The notes: generated by a model not told the origin, from the letters alone. A stretch of DNA of 64,000 nt from an uncultured Bacteroides sp. (GCA_964518705.1 CAZFGV010000005.1:43676-107675), one strand, 5' to 3'; positions 27,422 to 37,908 are shown, counted from the stretch's first letter. Numbers and translations: made by a program.

Positions 27422-28525
27422 TTACAGAGCTTGGAATACGCGGACATAGTCCACTTCCATAGTCGCGGGTAAAGCGCTTTCATCGACGCCTTTATATCCG
27501 CCCCAGTCTCCACCCCATGCTAGGTTGAGAATTAGATAGAAGGGCTTATTAAAAGGCCATGTCTCAACGTTGCCTTGGCCATCGTTATAGAATGTCAGCA
27601 ACGCATGATCGTCGACGTATGTCTTAATATAATTAGGTGTCCATTCCAAACGATATACATGATAGTCGTCTTCGGCACCTTCGGTGTAACGTTCGGCTGT
27701 TTTTTGGGTGCCGATGGTGTGATTATACGATTGACAATGGATGCTTGAAGATGTGCGATTGGCATCTACACCTACTTCTTCCATAATATCAATTTCACCA
27801 CAGCGGGGCCATGGATTCTTTGAGAAGTCGTTATTTACAGGCATCATCCAAAATGCCGGCCATGTTCCTTTGCCACCGGGCAATTTGATGCGTGCTTCAA
27901 AAATACCATATGTCCATCCGCTATTTACATTTGCATATACTCGTCCCGAATATACCGAGTTGCCTTTCTTAAAACAAGTGATTGCCAAATGGCCGTCTAC
28001 AACTTCAGTTACTCGTGTTCCGTTAAATGACTCTTTTACGTAAGTTTGCAATTCGTTGTTAACCCAACCCGGACCTTGTTGTTCGTGTGTCCAATCTTTG
28101 CCAAGACTTCCGGGAGTGTCGAATTCGTCATTCCACACCAAAGCATAACCTTCGGGGACAACGATAGTAGGATCAACAGGCGCCGGAGTTTTGCCGTCTT
28201 GCTTGACTTCGATAATCTTTGACGCCGACGCGGAGAACACTTCTATCTTTGCTGTGCGTGATTTGAGAGATGTATTTTCCGTTGCCGTTATTGTAAGTGC
28301 GTTTGTTGTCGTTTTAACACTCACCCAAGACTCAAACGACTTTGTGCTCCATTCCGGACCGGTCACTTGCACTGTGGCAGAACCGCCGGCTGAGGTAAAG
28401 CTTACTGTTTCTGGATTTACGGTAAGTGTTGTTGACACTTGGGGCTCGTCGTCATCGCCTCCGCAAGCGCTTAATGATGCGGATACGGCGACAAATAGGC
28501 TGAGTAACAATAATTTAATTTTCAT
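27422..28525 (-). CDS. GH16 endo-beta-glucanase (laminarinase/licheninase type) with N-terminal BACON-like domain
   Basis: Lipobox SLSAC. BACON-like segment (TVNPETVSFTSAGGSATVQV). GH16 catalytic motif GEIDIMEE. Confidence 0.85.
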   Translation of the reverse strand: MKIKLLLLSLFVAVSASLSACGGDDDEPQVSTTLTVNPETVSFTSAGGSATVQVTGPEWSTKSFESWVSVKTTTNALTITATENTSLKSRTAKIEVFSASASKIIEVKQDGKTPAPVDPTIVVPEGYALVWNDEFDTPGSLGKDWTHEQQGPGWVNNELQTYVKESFNGTRVTEVVDGHLAITCFKKGNSVYSGRVYANVNSGWTYGIFEARIKLPGGKGTWPAFWMMPVNNDFSKNPWPRCGEIDIMEEVGVDANRTSSSIHCQSYNHTIGTQKTAERYTEGAEDDYHVYRLEWTPNYIKTYVDDHALLTFYNDGQGNVETWPFNKPFYLILNLAWGGDWGGYKGVDESALPATMEVDYVRVFQAL

Positions 28526-28584
28526 AGCTAATTAAAAAACGCATGGCCCGACCAAATATTACTCGGGCCATGCGCTGTAATTCA

Positions 28585-29994
28585 TCAATCGTGATGTTTT
28601 TGGAATATAATGTTGGAAACCTTTACTTCTGTGTTTTCAGGATTGCCACCGAAGTCAAGAACGAGGCTGATAGCGTGCATTGCTTCAGGTGCGGTCAACT
28701 TGCTCAACCAGAACTTTGTGGGAGCGCCACCGGTAAGGGCTACGGTTTCGGCGAAGAAGAAGTTGCCATCATGTGCAATCTTATTTCCGTCGGCGTCATA
28801 TTCGTCTGATTGGGTCAGCTTAACGGTTACGCCTCCGATATTATTATTACTTTCAAGAGTAATGCAGAAGTCGTAAAGTTCGGCTGTGTCGGGAGCTGAG
28901 AGGTCGGTGTGGAACATTACCTGTGCTTGCCATTGGTCGGTTGTTGCTGTAGGAAGGTTCACTACGAAGTCTCGTCCTGTGAAATCAAGTACGGGATCAG
29001 CGATCTGCGACCATCCGGGTGCATAATAGAATGCGTTGGTGTAAGTAGCTCCTGACCACAAGTTGTCGGCGCTATTTACGTCTACCCATGATGGTTCGGG
29101 TTCTGACGGAAGTTCGGGAAGAACTGTGCCATCATCGTTTGCATGATTCTTGATAACGAAGTTTTCGATAGTCACTTCAACGCCGGCGGGGTTGCCACCA
29201 AAGTCGAGGGTGAATACAAGGTTAGCCATCGGAACAACAGCTTCGAGACCGCTGAACCAGAATGTCTGAGGTTCGCCGGCAGTAAGATTAATCTTGCTGT
29301 TGCAGAAGAAGCTATGGCTATCGTCATCATCGCCGTCAGGGTGAATTTTGAGTGTTACATTCTTCAAATCCATTGTAGATGTGAAGATGAATGAACCGTC
29401 ATATTGTTCACCTTGAGTCAAGAAGATATCGGTACCGATATGCATCTGAGCTTGCCATTGGTCGGTAGTAGCTTCGGGAAGAAGCACGGTGTAAGTGTCA
29501 CCGTCGAAGGTATATGAAGGATCGGCAATCTGTGACCATCCGGGAGCATACCAGAACGAAGGTGTGTTCTTGGAGGCACCGTTCCAGAGGTTGTATTCGC
29601 TGTCGTATACGTAACCGGCGAAACCGCTCATTTGCGTATTTTCGATAGTGAATGACAATGGAATAGCATCCTTGCTTATACCATTAGCATTACCTACCTT
29701 CAATTCTACAGAATATTCACCTGCTTTGCGGTAGTAACGGCTGAGCTGATGTTTTGTGCTGTAAGACTTGCCGTCAACAATCCAGATAGGATATACACCT
29801 TGTGCGTTGAAGGTAAGTGTTGCAATATTTGTTGTTTGATTAACGTCGATAGTTACTTTATCGGCATAGTTGTTAGCGTCGGGAATGGCAGTGGCATTTA
29901 CTTCGTACACGTCGTCCTCGGTACATGACGGAAGGACTGCGGCACAGCCTAGTGCCATCGCTGCAATGGCTAATGATTTAATATAGAGTTTCAT
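28585..29994 (-). CDS. surface glycan-binding lipoprotein (SusE/F-position SGBP) with PKD-like domain and two CBM-like repeats
   Basis: Lipobox LPSC, located immediately downstream of susD. Internal duplication YAPGWSQIADP...TTDQWQAQ...LDFGGNP occurs twice. Confidence 0.7.
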   Translation of the reverse strand: MKLYIKSLAIAAMALGCAAVLPSCTEDDVYEVNATAIPDANNYADKVTIDVNQTTNIATLTFNAQGVYPIWIVDGKSYSTKHQLSRYYRKAGEYSVELKVGNANGISKDAIPLSFTIENTQMSGFAGYVYDSEYNLWNGASKNTPSFWYAPGWSQIADPSYTFDGDTYTVLLPEATTDQWQAQMHIGTDIFLTQGEQYDGSFIFTSTMDLKNVTLKIHPDGDDDDSHSFFCNSKINLTAGEPQTFWFSGLEAVVPMANLVFTLDFGGNPAGVEVTIENFVIKNHANDDGTVLPELPSEPEPSWVDVNSADNLWSGATYTNAFYYAPGWSQIADPVLDFTGRDFVVNLPTATTDQWQAQVMFHTDLSAPDTAELYDFCITLESNNNIGGVTVKLTQSDEYDADGNKIAHDGNFFFAETVALTGGAPTKFWLSKLTAPEAMHAISLVLDFGGNPENTEVKVSNIIFQKHHD

Positions 29995-30003
29995 AGCTTC
30001 GGA

Positions 30004-31521
30004 TTAGTAAGGATTTTGAGTAAGAGTACCTTGAGCACGGTCGATTTCGCTCTGAGGAATGGGAAGGTGCTTCTTATTAGCTGTCCATGCGTTGGTGCGG
30101 TAGCCGTATTCATCGGGAACAAGTACGGTTGCTGCCTTGTCGCTACGGATAAGGTCCCAATAACGTTTACCTTCGCCTACAAATTCGAGATGACGTTCTT
30201 CGATGATGTTATCGATAGTCGGTTCGAGTTGTGTTTGAAGACCGGCACGTGAACGTACTTGATTCAAATATGTCTTAGCGTCTGCACTGCTGCCGCCGGT
30301 AGCTACAAGAAGTTCGGCTGCGTTAAGGAGAGCTTCTGAGTAACGATATACTCGCCAGTTGTTATTGTAGTTAAGTTCGGCTGACGCTTTCTGTCCGGCA
30401 TTGCCATCAGCTTGAGCGGCATACTTCTCGAGGAAGAAACCGAAGTCTTGATAACGTTTGTTGTATTCTACGCCTGTAGCTGCAACATTCCAGCAAGTAG
30501 CATCGCGGCGAGCGTCGTCGGCGCTATAGCGTTCGTATGTTTCAAGACGCAACGGGCAGAAGCCCCAACCGCCATTGTGTCCGTCGGCACCTGAGGGCCA
30601 GTTGTTAGGACTGATAAGGGTAGGAAGAACGGTACCACCTGCGCTAAGAGGTGCGCCCCAGTCGCGAGTTGCATTAAGACTGATGTAGTTGATTTCCCAG
30701 ATTGATTCAATACACCATTCGCCCGATTCTTTGAAGATGTCGCCATAGTTGGGCATCAAATCATATTCTGCCGAATTGATGATTTCCTTCATATAGTTCA
30801 ACGCTGTAGCATAGCGTGCTGTATCGCGCTGATACATAACGATTTCAGCATAGAGCATATAAGCCATCGCTGTAGTAACGCGGCCGTAAGTGTCTACGGT
30901 AGCCTTCCAAGGAAGTGCGTTGAGAGCTAGTGCTGATTCGATATCGCCTACCATGTAGTCATATACTTCATCTGCGCTCATCTGAGGTGTGATGTAGGGA
31001 GATGTAAGGTTGCGATCGAAATAAGGAATATTACCATAGAATTTCCACAACCAGTTTGTATAGAACGCACGCAACACTTTTACTTGTGCTGTCCATGAGT
31101 TAATTTCTGCCTGTGTGGCATCTTCAACACCGCGTTCGATATCTTCGAGAACGTCGTTACAACGTTTGATACCCGAGAATGCTTCTACCCAAATGCTGGT
31201 GATAACCTTCAAAGGAGTAGCAGAATAGTTAGCCATCAAGTGCCAGTTCTGGTTATCGTTAGCGTCAGAGCCACCAACCCAGAAGTCATCGCCCATGATG
31301 TCGCCCATCAACTGATAGGGTGCGTATTCATTGATACCCCAGTCTGTCCACTGCAAGGGGTCGTAAGCAGCTACTACTGCTTCAGCGACATGTTCGGAGG
31401 TGCCGAAATATTCATCCGAAGAGGTCTTTGTGGGCGAGGTTACTTCAAGAAAGTCGTCGCCACAAGAGGTGCTTGCCAACGCTAGTGCCGCGAGGCTAAG
31501 TACTTTATATATTGATTTCAT
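30004..31521 (-). CDS. SusD/RagB-family nutrient-binding lipoprotein
   Basis: 505 aa with lipobox ASTSC, TPR-like helical signature, and position after the SusC-like gene. Confidence 0.85.
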   Translation of the reverse strand: MKSIYKVLSLAALALASTSCGDDFLEVTSPTKTSSDEYFGTSEHVAEAVVAAYDPLQWTDWGINEYAPYQLMGDIMGDDFWVGGSDANDNQNWHLMANYSATPLKVITSIWVEAFSGIKRCNDVLEDIERGVEDATQAEINSWTAQVKVLRAFYTNWLWKFYGNIPYFDRNLTSPYITPQMSADEVYDYMVGDIESALALNALPWKATVDTYGRVTTAMAYMLYAEIVMYQRDTARYATALNYMKEIINSAEYDLMPNYGDIFKESGEWCIESIWEINYISLNATRDWGAPLSAGGTVLPTLISPNNWPSGADGHNGGWGFCPLRLETYERYSADDARRDATCWNVAATGVEYNKRYQDFGFFLEKYAAQADGNAGQKASAELNYNNNWRVYRYSEALLNAAELLVATGGSSADAKTYLNQVRSRAGLQTQLEPTIDNIIEERHLEFVGEGKRYWDLIRSDKAATVLVPDEYGYRTNAWTANKKHLPIPQSEIDRAQGTLTQNPY

Positions 31522-31540
31522 GATGTTTTAGATAATAAGA

Positions 31541-34500
31541 TTAGAATGCAACATTGCAACCAACGGTCCATACGCGTGCCTGAGGATATACACCGTAGTC
31601 TACGCCAAGTGAGGTGCCACCTGATGAGATTTCGGGATCATAGCCATGGTACTTGGTCCAAGTCTTAAGATTTTCTGCTGCTACGTATACACGGAACTTT
31701 GAAATGAATGCTTTGCGTGTAATCTTTTCAGGAAGAGTGTAACCTAACTGAATGTTTTTGAGGCGGAAGTAGCTACCATCATATACCAAGAGGTCTGAAG
31801 ATTGCCAGTTGTAAGCATCAGCCTGTACGAAGCGAGGCAAGGTGTTAGATGTACCTTCACCGGTCCAGCGGTTAAGCATCCATGAAGGAAGGTTTGATGC
31901 GAGGGCATCGGTACGACGGGTTGCGTCGAAGATATCGTTGCCACATACACCCTGGAAGAATACGAAGAAATCGAATCCGCGCCATGATGCATTAAGAGTG
32001 ATACCATATGTCCAGTCGGGCATACCTTTACCGATTTTTGTACGGTCGTCTTCTGTGATAGCACCATCGTTATTTATATCCTGGAAGCGAACATCACCGG
32101 GAACGAGGCTTGTGCCGTAGGCGGTGTTATATGCGTCTGCTTCTGCTTGGTTTTGGATGATACCGTTAGTCTTGTAACCATAGAAATAGGGGAAGGGTTC
32201 GCCATTCTGTGCACGGGTGATTGTACCTGTACCCTGGAATGAGTCGTAGTTTGCCCATCCTTGTTCGTTACCATAAGCTACAAGCTTATTCTTAAGATAT
32301 GATGCATTGGCACCTACTCGGAAGTTGAAGTCGCCGAAGTTCTGACGATAACCAAAGTCCATTTCAAGACCGCTGTTGCGCATCTTACCTACGTTACCAA
32401 CAGGAATAGCTTCGCCTACATACTGAGGCAATGACATTGTCATCAACATACCGTCGGTATCTTTGATATACCAGTCAGCGCTGAAGGTGAAACGGTTCTG
32501 GAGGAAGCCGAAATCGATACCGATATCAGTCTGTGTACTTTCTTCCCAACGGAGGTCGGGGTTAGCGAGCTGTGTCGGTTTGGTACCATTGGTAACCTGA
32601 CCGGTCTGACCGAAGATGTAGTTGTTACCGCTGGCTGCGAGGGCTACATACTGGAAGTTACCAATATTTTCGTTACCATTCTTACCCCAGCTTGCACGGA
32701 TCTTAAAGTTGTTGAGCCAATGACGATATGATTCCATGAACGATTCGTTCATAACGTTCCAACCTGCAGATACAGAGGGGAATGTAGCCCAGTGGTTATT
32801 AGAACCGAAGCGGCTTGAACCATCTCGACGTATTGTTGCTTGAATCATGTAACGTTCGTCGTAGTTATAGCTTGCACGAGCGAAATATGATGCTAATTTG
32901 GTCTTTTCGAAAGGTGAGCCATATACGCTTTGGTCACCATCGGCAGCAAGACCTGTAGAAGCGTCAATCCATGGACGGCTATAGTCGATAATGTTGTTAC
33001 GAGAGCCACCTACTGTTGCGCCTGAGCTCTGTTTTGCTGATTGACCAAGAACGATATCAAAGTTGTGGAGATCGATTGTCTTATCATACATCAACACATT
33101 TTCAATCTGCCATACTGTACTATGGCTTGTGCCAGAGTAAGCGCTTGAGAATGTTTGACCTTGACCGTTGCGGAGGTAATATTTAGGAGTATAACCATCC
33201 CATCCCCAGAAAGAGAGGTCGGCACCATAGCTGATGCGGTAGCGGAGGTTATCCCAAAGTTGAAGTTCGCCGATAAAGTTTGCTACAAACTTATGGCTCC
33301 AGTTATTCTGACCGGGGAGCATAAGGTTAGCAATCGGGTTGTTCATTTCCTGATAGTTACCAAACGCGGTAGGAACCATCACGAGACGGCCATCTTCTGA
33401 ATACATAGGAACATAGTCGGCCTGACCGCTAAGATAGCTGAGCTGATAAGCTTCGTCGGCGCTACCTTTTTCAAGATACGGGCTCAAGATCGGCGACATT
33501 GATAGAGCTGATCCTAGAGGTGAACCCCATGTTGAGTTTGCTTCTACTGATTTGCTCTTTATGCGTGTATACGCAATGTTGGTGTTGATTTTGAGTTTGT
33601 TAAGCCATGTACGTTCTTTAGTGGCGTCAAAGGCTGTAACACCTACGTTTGAACGCATTGTAAGACGTTCATAGTTAGAACGGTCGAAGTTACCGCCTAC
33701 GATACCTTCTTGGGTATAGTAGCCGAGTGACATCATATAATCAACGCGTTCTGAACCGCCGCTGATGCTTACCTGATGATTCATCACGGGAGCGTTGTCG
33801 TTAAATACTTCTTCCTGCCAATCGGTACCTACACCATAAGCGGCGGGATTGTCGTATTTAGGAGCTTGACCGCTATTCAAGAGGCCTTCGTTCATCATCA
33901 TTGCATATTCAGTAGCATTGAGAACGTCGCGTTTCTTGGCAACATTCTGCCAGCCGTAGCTGAAGTCATATGTTACGCGAGCAGGACCTTCTTTACCGGT
34001 CTTGGTTGTTACGAGAACAACACCGTTAGCTGCACGAGCACCATATACTGCACCTGATGCGGCATCCTTAAGAACTTCGATTGACTCGATGTCATTAGGG
34101 TTAAGATAATCAAGACCACCTTCGATAGGCATACCGTCTACAATGTAGAGAGGGTCTGAATTGTTAATAGTACCGATACCACGGATACGAATCTGAGAAG
34201 CGGCACCGGGCTGACCTGATGCTGAGGTTACGGTAACACCTGATGCAAGACCCTTAAGGGCGTTATCCATACGAACAGGTGCGGTTTCTCCGAGTTGGTC
34301 TGAACCAACTTTGGCGATAGCTGCGGTTACTACGCTCTTCTTCTGAACGCCATAACCTACGGCAACTACTTCGTCGAGCATTGTGCTGCTTTCGCGAAGA
34401 ACTACTGCCATATTATGAGCCGCTACTAATGTTTGGGGCTCATAACCTACATAAGAAAATGATAATTTTGTTCCATCGGCAACGCGGATTTCAAAGCGAC

Positions 34501-34687
34501 CATCTACATTTGTGGTCACACCGTTATTGTTACCTTTTTCTACTACCGAAACACCAATGAGTGGTTCACCGGAGTTGTCGGTCACTGTGCCCGTTGCTAA
34601 AAATTCTGCCCACGCACTCGCACTACCTGAGACGAGCATCGTAAAGAGAACCGCAAGGGTTTTAACTCGGTTTTTTAGGTTTTCCAT
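31541..34687 (-). CDS. SusC-family TonB-dependent outer-membrane transporter
   Basis: 1048 aa. CarboxypepD_reg-like N-domain (GTVTDNSGEPLIGVSV), plug region (VVAVGYG.QKK) and terminal aromatic residue (CNVAF). Confidence 0.9.
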   Translation of the reverse strand: MENLKNRVKTLAVLFTMLVSGSASAWAEFLATGTVTDNSGEPLIGVSVVEKGNNNGVTTNVDGRFEIRVADGTKLSFSYVGYEPQTLVAAHNMAVVLRESSTMLDEVVAVGYGVQKKSVVTAAIAKVGSDQLGETAPVRMDNALKGLASGVTVTSASGQPGAASQIRIRGIGTINNSDPLYIVDGMPIEGGLDYLNPNDIESIEVLKDAASGAVYGARAANGVVLVTTKTGKEGPARVTYDFSYGWQNVAKKRDVLNATEYAMMMNEGLLNSGQAPKYDNPAAYGVGTDWQEEVFNDNAPVMNHQVSISGGSERVDYMMSLGYYTQEGIVGGNFDRSNYERLTMRSNVGVTAFDATKERTWLNKLKINTNIAYTRIKSKSVEANSTWGSPLGSALSMSPILSPYLEKGSADEAYQLSYLSGQADYVPMYSEDGRLVMVPTAFGNYQEMNNPIANLMLPGQNNWSHKFVANFIGELQLWDNLRYRISYGADLSFWGWDGYTPKYYLRNGQGQTFSSAYSGTSHSTVWQIENVLMYDKTIDLHNFDIVLGQSAKQSSGATVGGSRNNIIDYSRPWIDASTGLAADGDQSVYGSPFEKTKLASYFARASYNYDERYMIQATIRRDGSSRFGSNNHWATFPSVSAGWNVMNESFMESYRHWLNNFKIRASWGKNGNENIGNFQYVALAASGNNYIFGQTGQVTNGTKPTQLANPDLRWEESTQTDIGIDFGFLQNRFTFSADWYIKDTDGMLMTMSLPQYVGEAIPVGNVGKMRNSGLEMDFGYRQNFGDFNFRVGANASYLKNKLVAYGNEQGWANYDSFQGTGTITRAQNGEPFPYFYGYKTNGIIQNQAEADAYNTAYGTSLVPGDVRFQDINNDGAITEDDRTKIGKGMPDWTYGITLNASWRGFDFFVFFQGVCGNDIFDATRRTDALASNLPSWMLNRWTGEGTSNTLPRFVQADAYNWQSSDLLVYDGSYFRLKNIQLGYTLPEKITRKAFISKFRVYVAAENLKTWTKYHGYDPEISSGGTSLGVDYGVYPQARVWTVGCNVAF

Positions 34688-34727
34688 AGATTTACTAAGG
34701 TTTGGTTGATATTTTTATTACCGATGG

Positions 34728-34735
34728 CAAAATTA
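34728..34735 (-). promoter_or_regulatory. candidate -7 box (TAATTTTG on minus strand) for the susC-led PUL operon
   Basis: Matches TAnnTTTG about 40 nt upstream of the ATG at 34687. Confidence 0.35.
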
Positions 34736-34882
34736 TAAAATATGTTTACACGCGCGAACACGTGGTAAGGGGATAAAGTAAACCACGCTTTTAGCTAACT
34801 AACTAAAAACGTGGTTTTTATGCTTTGTAAAAGTAGGCGTTTTGGTAAGGTGTAGTAAATCTCGTATTAAGGTCTTTTTACA

Positions 34883-36616
34883 TTAAAATTGAAGTTTTCC
34901 GAGGCGAGCTACGGTCTTTGCAAACTCTTCTTTGGGGATGATGGCTTTATTGCGAGTGCGTAGGCGTGTATTGTAAACCGTCTGCACTGAGCAATGCAAA
35001 AACTGTGCTATTTTCACACTATCGTTAAGCCCGAGACGAACAAGAGCATAGATTCGCAACTCTGTATTCAAGCGCTCGCCGGAACGTAGTGTGATACGTT
35101 CTTCAGGCTTAAGCAAGCTATTGAAATCTTCTACGAAGTTGGGATAAATTTGCAAGAATATCGAATCAAAGTTGGCATACAATTCCTTCACTTCGCTCTG
35201 TGGCAATTCGGGAGTCTTTGTAATTTTGCTAACATCGTCAAAACGACGAGCTACAATCATATGATATATATTCTTTCGGAAATCGTCGAGTTTATTAATG
35301 TAATTAGAGCACAAACCGAACACGCTCGCGATATACTGCTCACGCTGTTCATTAATCTGTGCCAATTCTCGGGTGCTCTGACGTGAATCTTCGTAAGCTT
35401 GCGACAAATCATCATTAGCCTGAGCCAAACGCGCTCGCATCTGCTGCAATTCGTCAACACGTTCCGACAACTCGATATTTGCTTTTGACAGCGCCTCGCG
35501 CGACATTGTCAACTGACGACGCTGACGCCACATAAACAAAAATGCTCCAATAGTAAACACTAGCATCAGTGCCATCAAAAGCGCAAAACGATTGCTCTGA
35601 CGCATCTCCAATTGGCTACGTGCATTGATAGACGCTAATACTTGTTCTTGCTGAATTCCTAATCGCATCAAACGTACACGACTCTTATATTCGTTCGCAC
35701 AATTGATACTATATTCAAAATAGCGTTGGGCATGGTCGAGGTCGCCTAGCTGATATAGTATCCATGCGGCTTCTTCTAACGACGCTATCTCTTTATTACT
35801 CATTCTAATATCTATCAACGCCGAATGTAGCAAATATTTCAAACGCAAATCCGGCTTGCCGGCATACTCATACAATCGCGATAACACCCACGCATTCATC
35901 GCTGCCGGGCGGGTGTCTACTGTCGTACTTTCGACTATCGCTTGTATCGACGGTATAGCTTTTTCTGCAGTCTGTTTATTTATACAATGAGTCCAACCGA
36001 CAAACCATGCATATTCTATATCATCAGGCTGCAAATGCTTGCACGCCTCCTGCAACAAACTATCAATTTCCAACGAATATGGTGGAATAGTGTCGGGGCG
36101 GTCGCCTAAATATTGTGCCATGCGCGTGTCTATAAATAATTTTCTATCGCAATACTGCACTAACTGATTAGGGCCCAGGCGTTTTGGCTCTATACTATCA
36201 AGACACGCTTTTGCTACATCGAGCAAACCTGTCGCAGAGTAAAGATAACTCTTATTCAATAGTGATTCATACCGCCACTCCTCTCGCCCAAGTTTTTGTG
36301 ACAACTTCATGCCCTCATTGGCATAATACATTGCTGAGTCGGAGTCATAGGTGCTATACTCGCTATATAAATCACGAGCAATGTAATAGCACTGCTCGGG
36401 AATCTTGCACGTCTTATACTTATTCCGTAGCAAAGACATTCGATCTTCCTTTGCTTTACACAATTGCGTAGTTATAGTAAGAGTACTATCTACCTGTGCT
36501 AACAATTCGCTTATATCTTGAGTTATTGACGGAAGATCTGCGCCTCTACTCTGTAAAGGTGTCAGTATTAATACAATAACATATAATATTGAATATCGTA
36601 AAAGGTGTTTAGTCAT
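34883..36616 (-). CDS. membrane-anchored TPR plus C-terminal HTH transcriptional regulator (DUF6377-like)
   Basis: Signal/TM at the N-terminus, TPR-like repeats, one internal TM (FALLMALMLVFTIGAFLFMW), a coiled coil, and a C-terminal HTH (VKIAQFLHCSVQTVYNTRLRTRNK). Located directly upstream of susC. Confidence 0.6.
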   Translation of the reverse strand: MTKHLLRYSILYVIVLILTPLQSRGADLPSITQDISELLAQVDSTLTITTQLCKAKEDRMSLLRNKYKTCKIPEQCYYIARDLYSEYSTYDSDSAMYYANEGMKLSQKLGREEWRYESLLNKSYLYSATGLLDVAKACLDSIEPKRLGPNQLVQYCDRKLFIDTRMAQYLGDRPDTIPPYSLEIDSLLQEACKHLQPDDIEYAWFVGWTHCINKQTAEKAIPSIQAIVESTTVDTRPAAMNAWVLSRLYEYAGKPDLRLKYLLHSALIDIRMSNKEIASLEEAAWILYQLGDLDHAQRYFEYSINCANEYKSRVRLMRLGIQQEQVLASINARSQLEMRQSNRFALLMALMLVFTIGAFLFMWRQRRQLTMSREALSKANIELSERVDELQQMRARLAQANDDLSQAYEDSRQSTRELAQINEQREQYIASVFGLCSNYINKLDDFRKNIYHMIVARRFDDVSKITKTPELPQSEVKELYANFDSIFLQIYPNFVEDFNSLLKPEERITLRSGERLNTELRIYALVRLGLNDSVKIAQFLHCSVQTVYNTRLRTRNKAIIPKEEFAKTVARLGKLQF

Positions 36617-36662
36617 GATACTAGCGCTTATATTTCAGGTATTAGTATTAGCGTATCAAGTG

Positions 36663-36670
36663 CAAAGTTA
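36663..36670 (-). promoter_or_regulatory. candidate -7 box (TAACTTTG on minus strand) for the regulator gene
   Basis: Matches TAnnTTTG about 45 nt upstream of the ATG at 36616. Confidence 0.3.
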
Positions 36671-36726
36671 CCGATTTTTGTCCAAACAACAAAAACCTCA
36701 CAGTCACAGGCCAAGTGAAAAAACTC

Positions 36727-37905
36727 TCAACGTTCCACCGGGGAAAACGTCTCGGGCATATCGGTAATAGCAAAATTTACCGTCAACGGATAGTGGTCCG
36801 ACGATTTTAGGTAACCCTTTTCTACGCCTAGTGGCTTCAGTGCGCCTCGATACAATACATGATCTATTGTAAACAAGAGATGAAATGCATTATACGTCAC
36901 TATCGGTCCAAAACCGGTGCGAACATATGCATCGCGAAAATTTGCATCGGCAAGTGTACGAACTGAATAACTATCGGTAACATCATTAAAATCACCGCAC
37001 ACTATCACTTCAGGACCGCCATACTGGCGTATCGTCTGCATTAACTTATTTATCTGTCGAGCACGTTCTACCGACGCGGCACGTATCTTACCTACAATAT
37101 TGCGCACGCCTTCAGGCACTTGCAAAATCTCGTTGTCACTCAACAACATCGACTTAAGGTGAATATTAAATATCGTCACCACACGACCGCACGGCAAACT
37201 TACTCTATATGCCGCTATTGCAGCACCTTTAAATACTGTCGGATCAACGTGCAAATTTTCTATCGGATACTTTGACAAGATAACCTGTCCTTTTCCACCC
37301 GACGCACTTACTACAGGATACTGCTCATGCAGACGCTTTATTTGCTCGCTCGTTACATTATACTGCGCGTTAACAGACGTTGTGTAACATTCTTGCAAAC
37401 AAACTATATCATCGTCTTTATCAAGGATATACTGCAATGTAGGATTTGGCTCATCGTCAGGAATATCATACATAGGCTTGAATGTCAACACATTATATGA
37501 CATCAACGAAAATGTCGGCGCTCCTTCCGGTGCGCGCGGGGTGGTAAAATGCAACGGACAATAGCTCAACGCCGGTCCGGCGCAACACAAGAACCCTACA
37601 GCTATAATTATTGACGCACGCCAACACCACAATAAAAAAAGCAGCATCAACGCAAAATCTATCCAAAACACTAACGGAAAAGCTAACGGGAAAGCTCCCC
37701 ACCAATTACTATGCGTTATCGGAGACACATAGCCGGCATATGCTGTGATTACCAACGGAATAACACACAGCACAGCAACGATCATCCAACAACGTCGCCA
37801 TAGCAACGCGTTCTTTGACAATTTTCCTTTACGTTTGTTTCCTTTCGATGCGCCACGACGCTTGCGACGTTCCGTAGAAACATCGGGGGTCTCAACTTTA
37901 CTCAT
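36727..37905 (-). CDS. membrane-anchored endonuclease/exonuclease/phosphatase (EEP) family protein
   Basis: Basic N-tail, about 4 TM helices, then an EEP domain (SYNV, CLQE, VCGDFND, SSDHYPL). Confidence 0.7.
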   Translation of the reverse strand: MSKVETPDVSTERRKRRGASKGNKRKGKLSKNALLWRRCWMIVAVLCVIPLVITAYAGYVSPITHSNWWGAFPLAFPLVFWIDFALMLLFLLWCWRASIIIAVGFLCCAGPALSYCPLHFTTPRAPEGAPTFSLMSYNVLTFKPMYDIPDDEPNPTLQYILDKDDDIVCLQECYTTSVNAQYNVTSEQIKRLHEQYPVVSASGGKGQVILSKYPIENLHVDPTVFKGAAIAAYRVSLPCGRVVTIFNIHLKSMLLSDNEILQVPEGVRNIVGKIRAASVERARQINKLMQTIRQYGGPEVIVCGDFNDVTDSYSVRTLADANFRDAYVRTGFGPIVTYNAFHLLFTIDHVLYRGALKPLGVEKGYLKSSDHYPLTVNFAITDMPETFSPVER

Positions 37906-37908
37906 CGG

